A stretch of 64,000 nucleotides of DNA from a virus. Made by a program: the position numbers and the translations under genes. Positions 27,867-37,476 of the stretch are shown piece after piece. Positions within the stretch are counted from its first letter, which is position 1. Each line of letters starts with the position of its first letter. The stretch covers positions 13,540-77,539 of the IMG/VR virus record IMGVR_UViG_3300042874_000422, one strand, 5' to 3'. The notes below the pieces were generated by a model. It was given only the letters and a program-made list of their open reading frames with translations, did not search any database and was not told the origin of the DNA.

Positions 27867-28565
27867 ATGACGCTGCAATCATCGATCAATCGATCCGGCT
27901 ACGTCGGCACGTCGAATCAGGTTACGACGGCGATCCGCGCGTCCGATTACACAGAGCAAAGCGCGAACGCGCAGCGGTCGATCGCGTCGGCGAGTGCGAA
28001 CGACAGTGCAGCAGGAACCGGTGCCCGCAAGGTACGCATCCGTTATCTCGACAGCACGTTGACGGCGCTCAAGGAAGAAGTCGTCACGCTCAACGGCGCG
28101 ACACCTGTGAACACCGTCGCTACTGATATCTGTTTCATCGAGAGCATGGTCATCGAAGACGTCGGCGCGGTCGGCGGTAACGTTGGCAACATCACGCTGT
28201 TCGTCGGGCTCGCAGGCGCAGGCGGTGCGATCGGTGTGATCCTCGCAGGCGACAACCAAACCAACTGGTGTCAGCACTACGTCGCGCAGGGCTACACGGC
28301 TTACGTGACAGTGATCCAGGCGGACACCAAGGGCGCGAGCAGCGGGCTCGTGTCGATCCGTGCGACGCCGCTCACGGCGCCTGCGAAAGCGGAGCTGACG
28401 ATCGCGGTGCAACTCCGTGTCCCTGCCGGGGACGAGTCAGCACTCGGGTTCAGCGACGTTCCGCTTGCGGTGGTGGGTCCGGCCCGCATCACGCTCTACG
28501 TGAAACAAGATGCGCCTGGCGGCGTCAACACTTGGTATGCCGGCTTCGGCTACTACGAGAACTGA
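27867..28565 (+). CDS. paralogous receptor-binding-like domain protein
   Basis: SANDSAAGTGARKVRIRY...LNG...FIE...W..HYV. Confidence 0.65.
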   Translation: MTLQSSINRSGYVGTSNQVTTAIRASDYTEQSANAQRSIASASANDSAAGTGARKVRIRYLDSTLTALKEEVVTLNGATPVNTVATDICFIESMVIEDVGAVGGNVGNITLFVGLAGAGGAIGVILAGDNQTNWCQHYVAQGYTAYVTVIQADTKGASSGLVSIRATPLTAPAKAELTIAVQLRVPAGDESALGFSDVPLAVVGPARITLYVKQDAPGGVNTWYAGFGYYEN

Positions 28566-28567
28566 TC

Positions 28568-29359
28568 ATGCTGACCAACCGTCCTGCGCGTAACGCAGTC
28601 AGTTTCAATCCAGGCTTGCTGATCAACGCAGGGCTCGACGAGGGCGCCGCAGGGCACGTAGTCGCGTACGCCGCTGCAACCGCTGCTCCGACGACCGTCG
28701 TCCGCGCGACAGCATACGTCGAGCCTGCCGCAGCCGCGCAGCTCGAAGTCGTGTCGAGCAACGCCAACGACGATGGCGCCCCGGCAGGTACCGGAACGCG
28801 GACTGTTCGTATCGTCTACTACGATGGCAGTTGCAACGGTCCGTTCACGACGGATGTCGTGATGAACGGTGTGACGGCTGTGCCGACGACACCGACGGAC
28901 CTACGCTTCATCGAAAGCATCTGCAGTCTCACCGTCGGCAGCAACGGGACCAACGTTGGGACGATCACCCTTCGTGGGCTCGGCGGCGGTGCACTGGTCG
29001 GGACGATCGCAGCAAGTGACGGTCGAACGTACTGGGGCCACCACTACATTGCGACGGGCCGCATCGGGCAAATCCTCGACGTGAACGGCGCGTTCACGCT
29101 CGCCAAAGGATCGCTCTTTCTACGATCGATCGATGTCCTGACCGCCAACGCTTTCGAGCTGCAAATCACGCCGCAGCTTCGACTCACCCCCGGCGCGGTT
29201 GGTGCGGCAGCGAACCCTGCACCGTTTCAGCCAACGTTGGTGTTCCCGTTCGGGGGCTTGTACGTCGCCGGCCCCGCGCGCGTGACTGCATACGTAGACC
29301 CGGACACAGCCGTCGCGAACAATGTCGCGTTCGTGGGGTTCAGCTACCTTGATGTTTGA
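28568..29359 (+). CDS. paralogous receptor-binding-like domain protein
   Basis: NANDD...GTGTRTVRIVYY...MNG...FIE...WGHHYI...GPAR. Confidence 0.65.
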   Translation: MLTNRPARNAVSFNPGLLINAGLDEGAAGHVVAYAAATAAPTTVVRATAYVEPAAAAQLEVVSSNANDDGAPAGTGTRTVRIVYYDGSCNGPFTTDVVMNGVTAVPTTPTDLRFIESICSLTVGSNGTNVGTITLRGLGGGALVGTIAASDGRTYWGHHYIATGRIGQILDVNGAFTLAKGSLFLRSIDVLTANAFELQITPQLRLTPGAVGAAANPAPFQPTLVFPFGGLYVAGPARVTAYVDPDTAVANNVAFVGFSYLDV

Positions 29360-29601
29360 AAAACTCTGCCGTTTTTTCAATCAGGCAGCCTCGATGAGTT
29401 CCGGTCCGGCGGGACCGACGTACGTGAGCTGTTCAACCTGATCGTCGATGCCGTCGTCTTCGAGCTGATCCCAGGCGAGGTCTCGCAGTTTTCGTGTGTT
29501 CTTGAAGGTCACGCCGGGCGGTACCTCGACGAATAGATCGGCCGCGCCGCCTTCGGTAAAGACAGCCACGAACCGTACGTAGCGCTTCCGTCGAGACATC
29601 G

Positions 29602-29814
29602 TTACACCCTGCAGCGGTGCTGACGCAGCACCTTGGTGGTATCCCGAATTTGCTTCTCGGCGAGGTGGCGCCTGACCTTGCTGCGGACGCGCTTCAGATC
29701 CTTCTGGGCGCGTTCCAGATAGACCTCGGCTTCGATGCAATTCCCCGCACGCGCCTCACGCCGCGCATGATGAGTGAACTGCGCGATGTAGCTGAGCATC
29801 GACCGACGCGGCAT
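29602..29814 (-). CDS. small basic hypothetical protein
   Basis: Part of a string of small minus-strand ORFs (29381-29948). Confidence 0.45.
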   Translation of the reverse strand: MPRRSMLSYIAQFTHHARREARAGNCIEAEVYLERAQKDLKRVRSKVRRHLAEKQIRDTTKVLRQHRCRV

Positions 29815-29956
29815 GACTAGATCTCCTCGAAGTCTTCATCGAAGATCGCCGTCACTTCACCGTTCACCTGGTTAGCGACCTGTTGAGCTGCTGCTTCGGC
29901 CTGTGCCAGCGTGCCGTGGAAGTCGAAACGGACTTTGGGTGTCGGCATCCTGAACC

Positions 29957-30583
29957 TCACCGAGAAGTTATCACGAAACCGGCAATAATTTTGCCACGAT
30001 CCAGCGCCCGCTCGATGCTGCCGTAGGTGTCGAAAAGGACCAAGCGGCCGGACCCGTCAGCGTACGGCTTGGTGTTCTGGCCCGAGGGCACGACGAACTG
30101 GCGCATCTTATCGCGCTCTGCTAGGATTTCTTCGTTCACGGGTTGCTCCGTGAAACCGGCGGGCCCGTGGCTGGGCGCCGCCGGATTTCTTAGCGAGCGA
30201 TGCGCTTCTTGGCCATCGGTCAGCACGGCGCCGACATAGGTGTCGGTCGGATTCGCGACCTCGACCCCGTAGTGATGCAGCAGGCACTGCGTGTCGAACG
30301 CGAGGTTGTGGCCGATCTTCGACGACGGCCCTTCGAGGATCGCGCGCAGCGCATCCGGCATGCAACCGAGCTGGCCGAGATCGAAGATGGTCGCGGCCTC
30401 GGCGGTCCCGAGCTGCAGGAGACGCACCTTGTTGCGAAATGGATCGAGCGCAGCCTTGCCGTCGGTATTCGGGCCTGCCGCGAACGTCTCGATGTCGAGC
30501 CCGAGGTGAGGCCGTTCCGCGAGGGCGCTGCAGGCGGCCACCGCTTGGTCGAGAGTCACGGCGACCTTGTACGCAGGCGTCAT
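29957..30583 (-). pseudogene. truncated family-A DNA polymerase 3'-5' exonuclease domain fused to an unrelated C-terminus
   Basis: ExoI LGLDIET, LDP...VRLLQL, ExoII KIGHNLAFD, DTY; ExoIII and the polymerase domain are absent. Confidence 0.7.
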
Positions 30584-31044
30584 CGCGACCCCGCCCGTGA
30601 TCGTCGGGCCCGGTTGCTCTGGTGGGCTTGGTGGGCAAGCATCGGATCGCGCAGAGGCGGGATCCGAGACTCGAATCGCTGACCTCGTATGGGGTAGAGG
30701 GTGGAGACCCACCAGACCCACCAGACCCACCGGGCTCGTGGCGACCCGGCTTGCATTGCTCGACACGCCACCTCGCCACGCCCGCTCGACCCGGCTGGAT
30801 CGCGAGGACCCTCTCAGCGGACACGCGCATCAGCGCCGCAGAACGTCGGCTATCCCGTTACTGCGCTACTGCCGCGTCCGGATCGCGTTGCAGATTGATG
30901 GCTCGTTCCAAACGCCGGCTCGCTGCGCATCCTCTTCGGTGAGCGTGTGCAAGAGACGGATGTCGAGCGTCTCGACGCGCAGGAACAGGCCCGCGCGCTC
31001 GCGCGGCATCGGCTCGAAACGTTCGATCATCCGTTCGGGCACGG

Positions 31045-31506
31045 CTAACCTCGCTTCTTTCGGCCACGGATCAAGAGGAACATGCTCAGCACGAACGCCG
31101 CGCCGCCTCCGTAGACGGCCCAGTTCGGTAGCCCGAGCCCGAGCAGCCCGGCGCCGATCGCGTTCTGGTTCTTGAGGATGTTGACCGGGTTGAGCGAGGC
31201 GCCTGGCTTTGGCGTGACCGTGATCGCCACCGTTGGCGGGGGCAGCGCGCCTTCGTCGGCGGCTTGCCCGAGGAACACCGCGAGCCCGGCGGCGCCTGAT
31301 TTGATCGCCGCGATGTCGATCGCGCCGCTGTCCGTGACGAGCGCGACCGAGAGGCCTGACGCCGTGTCCGAGCCGATCGCCGCGAGCGCCTTGAACAGCG
31401 CCGCTGCCGTGGCCGATCCGATGTTGCCGTCGACGCCGATCGACGTGAAGCCAGCGGACGCTGCGAAGCGATTGATCGTGGCCTGCAGATCAGTGGCGGC
31501 TGACAT
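31045..31506 (-). CDS. peptidoglycan-binding-like domain with C-terminal TM anchor
   Basis: LQ..IN....IGVDGNIGSAT..AL; TM followed by RGRKKRG. Confidence 0.6.
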   Translation of the reverse strand: MSAATDLQATINRFAASAGFTSIGVDGNIGSATAAALFKALAAIGSDTASGLSVALVTDSGAIDIAAIKSGAAGLAVFLGQAADEGALPPPTVAITVTPKPGASLNPVNILKNQNAIGAGLLGLGLPNWAVYGGGAAFVLSMFLLIRGRKKRG

Positions 31507-31552
31507 GACCTGACGCTATCACGGGGCCCCAAGGCTGCGGTAATCTGCCCAT

Positions 31553-32215
31553 ATGGCCTTCAGCCCGTCCGTCGAGAAATGGCGCCCGCTCGCGGAGCTA
31601 TTCATCGCGGACGCGCCGACGAACTACCTGCTCGATTGGATTCGCGGCGAGTCTGGCGGCAACCGCTGCAACGTGACGACGAGCGCCGGCTTCCCCGAGA
31701 TCGGCCTGTTCCAGCTCGACCCTGGCAACGCACGGCTCGGCGGCATCGAGCAGGATGCTCTACGTGTCGGCTGTTCTGGTTCGTCCGAAATCGACGACTC
31801 GCCCGCGTTGCAGCTGCTCGCGATGTCGAGCGGTGTCGAGTACATCAAGGCGCTAAAGACGCTCGCCCACAAGCGACTGCAAGCCGTCGGCACGGATTGG
31901 TCGGAGACCGACCCCGGATTCTGGGCGTTCGTGCGCTACCACTTCTCGGCGGGCTCGGGCGCGGCGCAGTCCGCACTATCGCGCGCGACGACCGCGCTCG
32001 GTCGTGCGCCGACGAGCTGGGGCGAGATCGTCGCGAACGGATCACCGTCGCAGCACTGGGCCGAGGTCTCGACCGCGAACGGGCTGTACGCGCTCGGCTG
32101 GGCGCCGGGTGGTGGGACGCTGTCGCGAGGCGAGTGGGCTCTGATGGCGCTCGCTGGGATCCTGGGTGTCGCCGCTGCGATGCGGTTCGATCAGTGGCTG
32201 GCCAAGCCCGTGTAA
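31553..32215 (+). CDS. lytic transglycosylase-like protein with C-terminal TM anchor
   Basis: VEKWRPL, I.GESGGN (catalytic Glu), GLFQ. Confidence 0.7.
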   Translation: MAFSPSVEKWRPLAELFIADAPTNYLLDWIRGESGGNRCNVTTSAGFPEIGLFQLDPGNARLGGIEQDALRVGCSGSSEIDDSPALQLLAMSSGVEYIKALKTLAHKRLQAVGTDWSETDPGFWAFVRYHFSAGSGAAQSALSRATTALGRAPTSWGEIVANGSPSQHWAEVSTANGLYALGWAPGGGTLSRGEWALMALAGILGVAAAMRFDQWLAKPV

Positions 32216-32464
32216 GGGCTTTGTCGTCGACGGGAGCCCCAGTCCCCGGTGTGTCGCCATCTGCCGAGGTCACCTGAAGCAGAAGGGCCGTAAGAGCGCA
32301 CAAGCTCCGCAAGAGCACTGGTCCTTCGGGCTGTGATACCGTAGGCAGCATCATGAACGTCAACGTACAGAAGCCCAAGCAGGCACCGGCCAGCGCCGGT
32401 TGCTGCACGCGCCCCGTTCGTCCCATCAAGCCGATCAAGCCGATCAAGCGCTAGGATTACGACC

Positions 32465-32725
32465 ATGGCCAAAGCAAAGACCGCATCGTCCACGAAGTCC
32501 GCGAAGAAGAAGGCCGGCTGCCGTGGCGCGACGATTTCGTTCAAGACCAAGCGCGGCAAGACGATCGAATTCAAGGGCCGCGCCGGCAAGGCGTGCGGTC
32601 CTCGTCGCAAGCCGACGCCGCCGCCCAAGCACTTCCGCACCGAGTTTGCCCGTCAGGCGAAAGCCTGCAAGGGCGGAACGCGCGGCGTGTTCCTGAAGTG
32701 CATGAAGCGCCTGCAGTACAGCTAG
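32465..32725 (+). CDS. small highly basic protein (candidate DNA-condensing core protein)
   Basis: Lys/Arg-rich with 4 Cys. Confidence 0.6.
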   Translation: MAKAKTASSTKSAKKKAGCRGATISFKTKRGKTIEFKGRAGKACGPRRKPTPPPKHFRTEFARQAKACKGGTRGVFLKCMKRLQYS

Positions 32726-32732
32726 CCCTGCG

Positions 32733-33287
32733 ATGGCGCGCTGGCCGACCGCCCCGTACACGACGCATCGCACCGGTTGCTATCGATGCCGTCGGATGAC
32801 GTCGGCCGACGGCGGGTGCGGTGTGAAGGGCTACCCCTGCACGCACTGGGGTGTCGACACATTCACGATCGACGGCAGCCGCGATGTGTGGGCGCCAGAG
32901 GCCGGCACCGTCGTCGCGGTCGCCAACGGCAGCTCGCCACCATTTTCAGGCTACGGCCCCGGTATCGTGCTGATGCTGGGCGCGAGCGGCGTCTACCATC
33001 TGCTTGCGCATCTCGACTACTCGACGATCGACGTTCGCGAAGGTCAGCAGCTCGCCGAAGGTGAGCCGATCGCGATGTTCAGCGAGGCATACGGCCACTG
33101 CCACTACGAGATTCGTCTGGCGCCGACGGGCCCGTCCGACGTGAACACAGTCGACCCGGTCGCGTGGCACGCGGGAGCCACCGGCATCACCACCGGCGAG
33201 ATCGCGCTCATGTTCGTCGCGGGCGTCGTCGGGCTCGCGGGTGCGATCATGCTCGACCGCTGGCTTGCTGGCGAGCCCGTTGGTTGA
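32733..33287 (+). CDS. M23-family peptidase with C-terminal TM anchor
   Basis: HWGVD (HxxxD), AP..GTV, LAHL, HCHYE (HxH). Confidence 0.85.
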   Translation: MARWPTAPYTTHRTGCYRCRRMTSADGGCGVKGYPCTHWGVDTFTIDGSRDVWAPEAGTVVAVANGSSPPFSGYGPGIVLMLGASGVYHLLAHLDYSTIDVREGQQLAEGEPIAMFSEAYGHCHYEIRLAPTGPSDVNTVDPVAWHAGATGITTGEIALMFVAGVVGLAGAIMLDRWLAGEPVG

Positions 33288-33570
33288 TCGCGACGAGATC
33301 GCCGAACACCTTCGACTCGCGGATCCGACGCAGATGCCCGACGAACGTACGGGCGTCGCACTCGATCGCGCCGGCCGCGACCGCGAGCGCCCGCTTGCCC
33401 TTCGCGATGTCGTAGTGCCAGAAGCTCGCCTTGGGTGGGACCTGATACCAACGACGAGCGACGCCAATGCGATCGGCCATCGCGTGTAACTCGTCCGGCG
33501 TGTCCGCGATCATGTGGCACATCACCATCTGACCGAGCGGATGGATCGAGCTGTCGACGTACACGCTCAT
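33247..33570 (-). CDS. DUF4031-like protein
   Basis: VYVD...MCHMIADT.DELHAMA..IG..R.WYQ...HYDI...KRALA...GA. Confidence 0.8.
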   Translation of the reverse strand: MSVYVDSSIHPLGQMVMCHMIADTPDELHAMADRIGVARRWYQVPPKASFWHYDIAKGKRALAVAAGAIECDARTFVGHLRRIRESKVFGDLVAINQRARQQASGRA

Positions 33571-33899
33571 TTCGAGGCGTTCTCGATCGCTCGGTTCAGG
33601 TACCACGCGGCTTTTTTGAGGTCTTCGACGAGCTTCGCGGGATCCTTCTTGCCGGCGCGACTGATGTACTTCACCGCGTTGCCGAGCGCGAAATCGAGCT
33701 GCCACGCTTCGATCACCTTGATCGCTTCGTAGGTCGTGTCGCCACCGTAGTGGTTCGGGTGATTCACCGCCTCGGGTTTGGCATCGGGATGCGGACGACA
33801 CGGACCCTCATGTTGATCAGGCAACGTGCATTTTCGGCCGGACTTGCACCACGGCAGCCCGCTGATAACCGACTCACCGATTTCACTTCCCGCTGGCAT
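33567..33899 (-). CDS. DUF3310 (SaV-like) protein
   Basis: VNHPNHY...E.I..I....F.LGNAVKYISRAGKK...EDLKKA.WYL. Confidence 0.85.
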   Translation of the reverse strand: MPAGSEIGESVISGLPWCKSGRKCTLPDQHEGPCRPHPDAKPEAVNHPNHYGGDTTYEAIKVIEAWQLDFALGNAVKYISRAGKKDPAKLVEDLKKAAWYLNRAIENASK

Positions 33900-34569
33900 T
33901 GGCTTTCTCCCAGCTGGCGATGATGGTCGGATAAATCGGTCGGAGCAGAGCCAGCATCGCGTCGGCATACACCCGGACCTCGTATTGCGCGTGCGGATCG
34001 CGCCGCAGGCTCAGCAGGTGAAGCGTATTGTGGAGGTCGCACTGCCAATACCACTCCGTGTACGTCCCGACGGGAAGAACGGAGCGGGCTAGCTCGGGCG
34101 CGAGGCCCATTTCGAGTAGCTGCTCGTAAGCGTCAAACGCCTTGTGGCCGATGTCGACCATGATGCGGTTGCACGCAAGCGGATCGTCGACGATCTCAGA
34201 AGAGCTGCCCTGCTTGTTCGTCTCGGCCTTGCGCTGCATCCGGTCGCCCGTCGGGACGTAGAATTCACGAGCGGCTTTGACGTAGCGGTAACTGACTTCG
34301 TTGATGCTCGCGGTTCGATGGCGAACGAGCTGCCGCGCGACGAAGATCGGCATCTTCATGTAGAAGAGCACCTGACAGAATTCGAGCGGCGTCGTGTGAC
34401 GATTGCGCACGAGGTAGTCGGTCAGCTTCGCGTCTTCGTCGGGCGTCCGCTCCTTGCGGTTACGGAAGCTGGTGCGCGCGGTCGATGCTGGCGTGCGATC
34501 GGTGCCCATCGTGTCGACGAGCGCGACGAAGCCATGATCGAGGAGCAGAACTTCGTTGAGTCGTTCCAT
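33883..34569 (-). CDS. thyX: FAD-dependent thymidylate synthase
   Basis: H.TPLE, PIFVARQLVRHRTASINEVSYRY, ELARSVLP, HAQYEVR. Confidence 0.95.
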   Translation of the reverse strand: MERLNEVLLLDHGFVALVDTMGTDRTPASTARTSFRNRKERTPDEDAKLTDYLVRNRHTTPLEFCQVLFYMKMPIFVARQLVRHRTASINEVSYRYVKAAREFYVPTGDRMQRKAETNKQGSSSEIVDDPLACNRIMVDIGHKAFDAYEQLLEMGLAPELARSVLPVGTYTEWYWQCDLHNTLHLLSLRRDPHAQYEVRVYADAMLALLRPIYPTIIASWEKANASGK

Positions 34570-34606
34570 TCGTATGCTTTGTCGGTACCACGAGGGTCCG
34601 ACAGCT

Positions 34607-34810
34607 CTACGGATCGCGACGTCCTGCATGAAGCCCGGCACGTCGACGTTCTTTCGCCGCTTCGATCTTCTTCTGCGATCGGAGCTGGCTCGCGGCGGTG
34701 AGCTTAGGTCCGCGTTTATTTCGCGGCGCCATCCTCTTCCCGTTCGCCCGTCGCGAGCCGACCTTCATCACGTCACCGTTGATGACCCACCACGACGAGC
34801 GAATTTCCAT
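34607..34810 (-). CDS. small basic hypothetical protein
   Basis: Promoter motif directly upstream. Confidence 0.45.
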   Translation of the reverse strand: MEIRSSWWVINGDVMKVGSRRANGKRMAPRNKRGPKLTAASQLRSQKKIEAAKERRRAGLHAGRRDP

Positions 34811-34832
34811 TCAGACGATCCTACATCGAGGG

Positions 34833-35117
34833 TCAGACACCCGGCAGCGGGGCCCTTGGTGGCCAGCTCCACGTGCCGGGGTGCTTGTTCTCGTAGGCGC
34901 GTTCGCTGATGCCGAGCCGGTAATTGTCGAACAAGGCGCAGCTGGTGCCCAAGCCGTGCTCTGCGTCGGTGGGTTCGAAGAACACGTGCAGGTTCACCCG
35001 GCCATCGACGAGGATCGACGTGATCAGCGCGGGGCGCGACACGATCGGCTGCGTCGGATCAGAGACGAAGTGATACAGGACGAGGCGGCAGGGCGAGGGC
35101 AACATCTGCACGAGCAT
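34833..35117 (-). CDS. hypothetical protein
   Basis: PS..R.VLY...PA.IT....VNL.VF...TWSWPPR pattern. Confidence 0.6.
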   Translation of the reverse strand: MLVQMLPSPCRLVLYHFVSDPTQPIVSRPALITSILVDGRVNLHVFFEPTDAEHGLGTSCALFDNYRLGISERAYENKHPGTWSWPPRAPLPGV

Positions 35118-35134
35118 AGCCCGCCCCTCTGACG

Positions 35135-35419
35135 TTACCGCTTGGTACCTGCGCGAGCGGGCGCCGTACGAACGGGCGCCGACGCGATCACACGCTCGAC
35201 CGCGATCACCATCGAGTCCTCTTCGCTCAGCTCTGTCGTCGGGATGCCGTGCGGCGAAGTGACCTCGTCCAGCTCTTCAGAGAGTCGCGTCGCGACGCGA
35301 CGAAGGCGTGTGTACGATTCGAGGGCGCGAGCGCCGGCTGCTTGTACACGTGGGTTCAACGTGGTGATCGAACCGCCAGGTGTCATCGTGGGCTTGATCA
35401 TACTCGTACGAGGGTGCAA
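35135..35419 (-). CDS. hypothetical protein
   Basis: In the minus-strand string; start uncertain. Confidence 0.45.
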   Translation of the reverse strand: MHPRTSMIKPTMTPGGSITTLNPRVQAAGARALESYTRLRRVATRLSEELDEVTSPHGIPTTELSEEDSMVIAVERVIASAPVRTAPARAGTKR

Positions 35420-35422
35420 GAA

Positions 35423-35848
35423 CTAGCGCCGCCTCGGGCCGACCAGGCGATCGTAGAACTTCTGGAGCATGTCGACGAGCGCTGCCGACGACTTGCTCGC
35501 CTCCGACGAGACTTGCTCCATCAGCTCCGCGAATTCTTTGCGGACGAGGTCTTCGTGCGTGCGGTTTTCTGCGCGCTCGTCCCGCGCAATGCGCGCGTAC
35601 GTCTCAGCAAGTTGCAGGTGCTTGTGCTCGTAGTCGGCGCGGATCGACTCTCGCTCGGTCGCCCAGCTCTCCCGCTCCACCGCCCAGTCGGAGCGCTCCT
35701 TTTCGCGAGCAGCGTCGGACGCCCGGATGCTCGCTTGATCGGCCCTAAGAGCCTTGAACAAATGAATAATCGCATACCCGAAAACGAGCGCGACAACGCC
35801 TAGAACGCCGTACTGCCAGGCGGTAGGTGCGATGGAGCTTGATTCCAC
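35423..35848 (-). CDS. N-terminal TM plus coiled-coil protein (holin/spanin-like architecture)
   Basis: QYGVLGVVALVFGYAII then a charged helix. Confidence 0.55.
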   Translation of the reverse strand: MESSSIAPTAWQYGVLGVVALVFGYAIIHLFKALRADQASIRASDAAREKERSDWAVERESWATERESIRADYEHKHLQLAETYARIARDERAENRTHEDLVRKEFAELMEQVSSEASKSSAALVDMLQKFYDRLVGPRRR

Positions 35849-35905
35849 CCTGCAATATTACATGGAGGCTCTGACGCCAGACTGCCGCAAAATGTTGCGA
35901 TTGGC

Positions 35906-36262
35906 CTATTGGTTGGCGTTTAGGGCATCCACGAGCAGTTTGTCGATGTCGCCCGGCGGGATCGCACCCTCGACCTTCGTCGTGCCGCGCTTGGTCATGA
36001 CGCACGTGGTTGGCGTGGCCGTGACGCCGAGCTTGTCGGCGAATGCCTGCAGCTCTTCGTTCTCGGCGGCGGCGTCGTAGAACATCACCGGGATCTGGCC
36101 GGGCTCCAGTACGTCACCGGGCTGGTAGATGTGAAGCGGCGCTCCACGCTTCTTGAGGGCGTTCACCCGCTTGGTGAATTCCGGCAGGTACTGATCGCAC
36201 GCGCCGCAGCCGGGCATGGCCCAGACGACGATGAGCACGCTCGTGTTGCGAAGATCGACCAT
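35906..36262 (-). CDS. thioredoxin-fold protein
   Basis: W...CGAC, cis-Pro loop GVTATPT. Confidence 0.8.
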   Translation of the reverse strand: MVDLRNTSVLIVVWAMPGCGACDQYLPEFTKRVNALKKRGAPLHIYQPGDVLEPGQIPVMFYDAAAENEELQAFADKLGVTATPTTCVMTKRGTTKVEGAIPPGDIDKLLVDALNANQ

Positions 36263-36413
36263 CAGTCAGGAAGCTGCCACGCCTCGGGTAGCTTTGGAAG
36301 AAACGAGCCGCGCTCGACCTTGCGTAATCCGGGACGCCTGCTCGTTCATGTCGGCCATGAGGGTTACTGTACCTCTGCTTGCAACTGAGCTTCAACTTCG
36401 GACCGTCTACGTA

Positions 36414-37178
36414 ATGTACCCCCGAGCCATCGGCTTACTCGCGACGAGGAACCGCCACGAACTGGCGCACCAGGCCGCGCACGCCTTTTTGGACCAGCAG
36501 TACGCGGGCGATAAGACGTTGCTCATCTATGACGACAGCCAAACGCCATTCGCCCTCTGCGACGAATTGCGACAGTTCGATGTCGTCGTGAAGAACATCG
36601 CGCCTACGAGGCTTCCGGTGAAACGGAACCAAATGATGCGATTGGCCATCGAGCGCGATCCCGAAGCGATCTACTTCGTCTGGGATGACGACGATTACAT
36701 CAGCCCGCATCGCGTGCGGCGCCAGATCGAAGCGCTGCTCGCCAACCCAAACGCCGACGGTTGCATCCTGTGCCCGTACCTGACGTACGACGTCACTACG
36801 CGAGAGGTCGCGCAGCTCGGCAAGGCGAACATCACCGGGCTACGGCTTCGCGTGTTCGCCGACGCCACGCTCGCGTTCCGACGACGATTGTGGGAACGGC
36901 TGCCGTGGGACGAGACCCGCGATCCGAACGCTTGTTGGCGCTGGATGCGTGAACCCGTCGACCGCATCGTCGACATCCCAGGCGATGACGACTACATCGT
37001 GATCCGTCACCCGACGAATCACACGGTAGGCATGCTCCCCAAGACGTTTCACCCTCAGCTACGCACGCTGGACGTCCGGCTCTCGGCCGACGACGTCGAG
37101 CGGCGAATCACGGCGCGTTGTACGTGTCCGCGTCGCCAGGGCCCGCCAGCGTGTGGGGATCCCAGAACAGCACGTTGA
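36414..37178 (+). CDS. glycosyltransferase family 2
   Basis: F..QQY....LLIYDD, KRN, WDDDDY..P.R...Q. Confidence 0.8.
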   Translation: MYPRAIGLLATRNRHELAHQAAHAFLDQQYAGDKTLLIYDDSQTPFALCDELRQFDVVVKNIAPTRLPVKRNQMMRLAIERDPEAIYFVWDDDDYISPHRVRRQIEALLANPNADGCILCPYLTYDVTTREVAQLGKANITGLRLRVFADATLAFRRRLWERLPWDETRDPNACWRWMREPVDRIVDIPGDDDYIVIRHPTNHTVGMLPKTFHPQLRTLDVRLSADDVERRITARCTCPRRQGPPACGDPRTAR

Positions 37179-37476
37179 TCTCGGCGTCAGCGGCGTTGTC
37201 GTTGCTGAAGATGACGTGGATGGTGTTCGTCACGGCGCTGAGCGTGGGCTCGCCGTGCGTGATGAACGTCCACGCCGAGATCGGCGACATCGGCATCACC
37301 TGGACGCGCGACGGGTCCGTGAAACCCGGCTCGGCGACCGAGTTAGCGACGAAGTTCTGATTCACCTGACGAAGTCCGGTGTCGATGTCTAGGACGCCAG
37401 GGGCGCCGCCGTTGACGCCTGCCGGAATCGTGGCCCGGATACGGTTCCAAAGGAGATTGCCCGCGTTGGTGCTCAT
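37108..37476 (-). CDS. MSTNAG-family paralog 3
   Basis: MSTNAGNLLWNR...INVLFWDPHT..GPG.ADTY. Confidence 0.7.
   Translation of the reverse strand: MSTNAGNLLWNRIRATIPAGVNGGAPGVLDIDTGLRQVNQNFVANSVAEPGFTDPSRVQVMPMSPISAWTFITHGEPTLSAVTNTIHVIFSNDNAADAEINVLFWDPHTLAGPGDADTYNAP

Noticed and set aside
26642-29359. Diversity-generating retroelement acting on the spike paralogs
   Set aside because: No reverse transcriptase and no adenine-specific TR/VR pair; the similarity is ordinary protein paralogy.
29957-30583. Functional viral DNA polymerase
   Set aside because: Only part of the proofreading domain is present; there is no polymerase domain.
30706-30732. 9-bp tandem repeat (GACCCACCA x3) as iterons
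   Set aside because: Explained as a GGS coding repeat in the captured gene tail.
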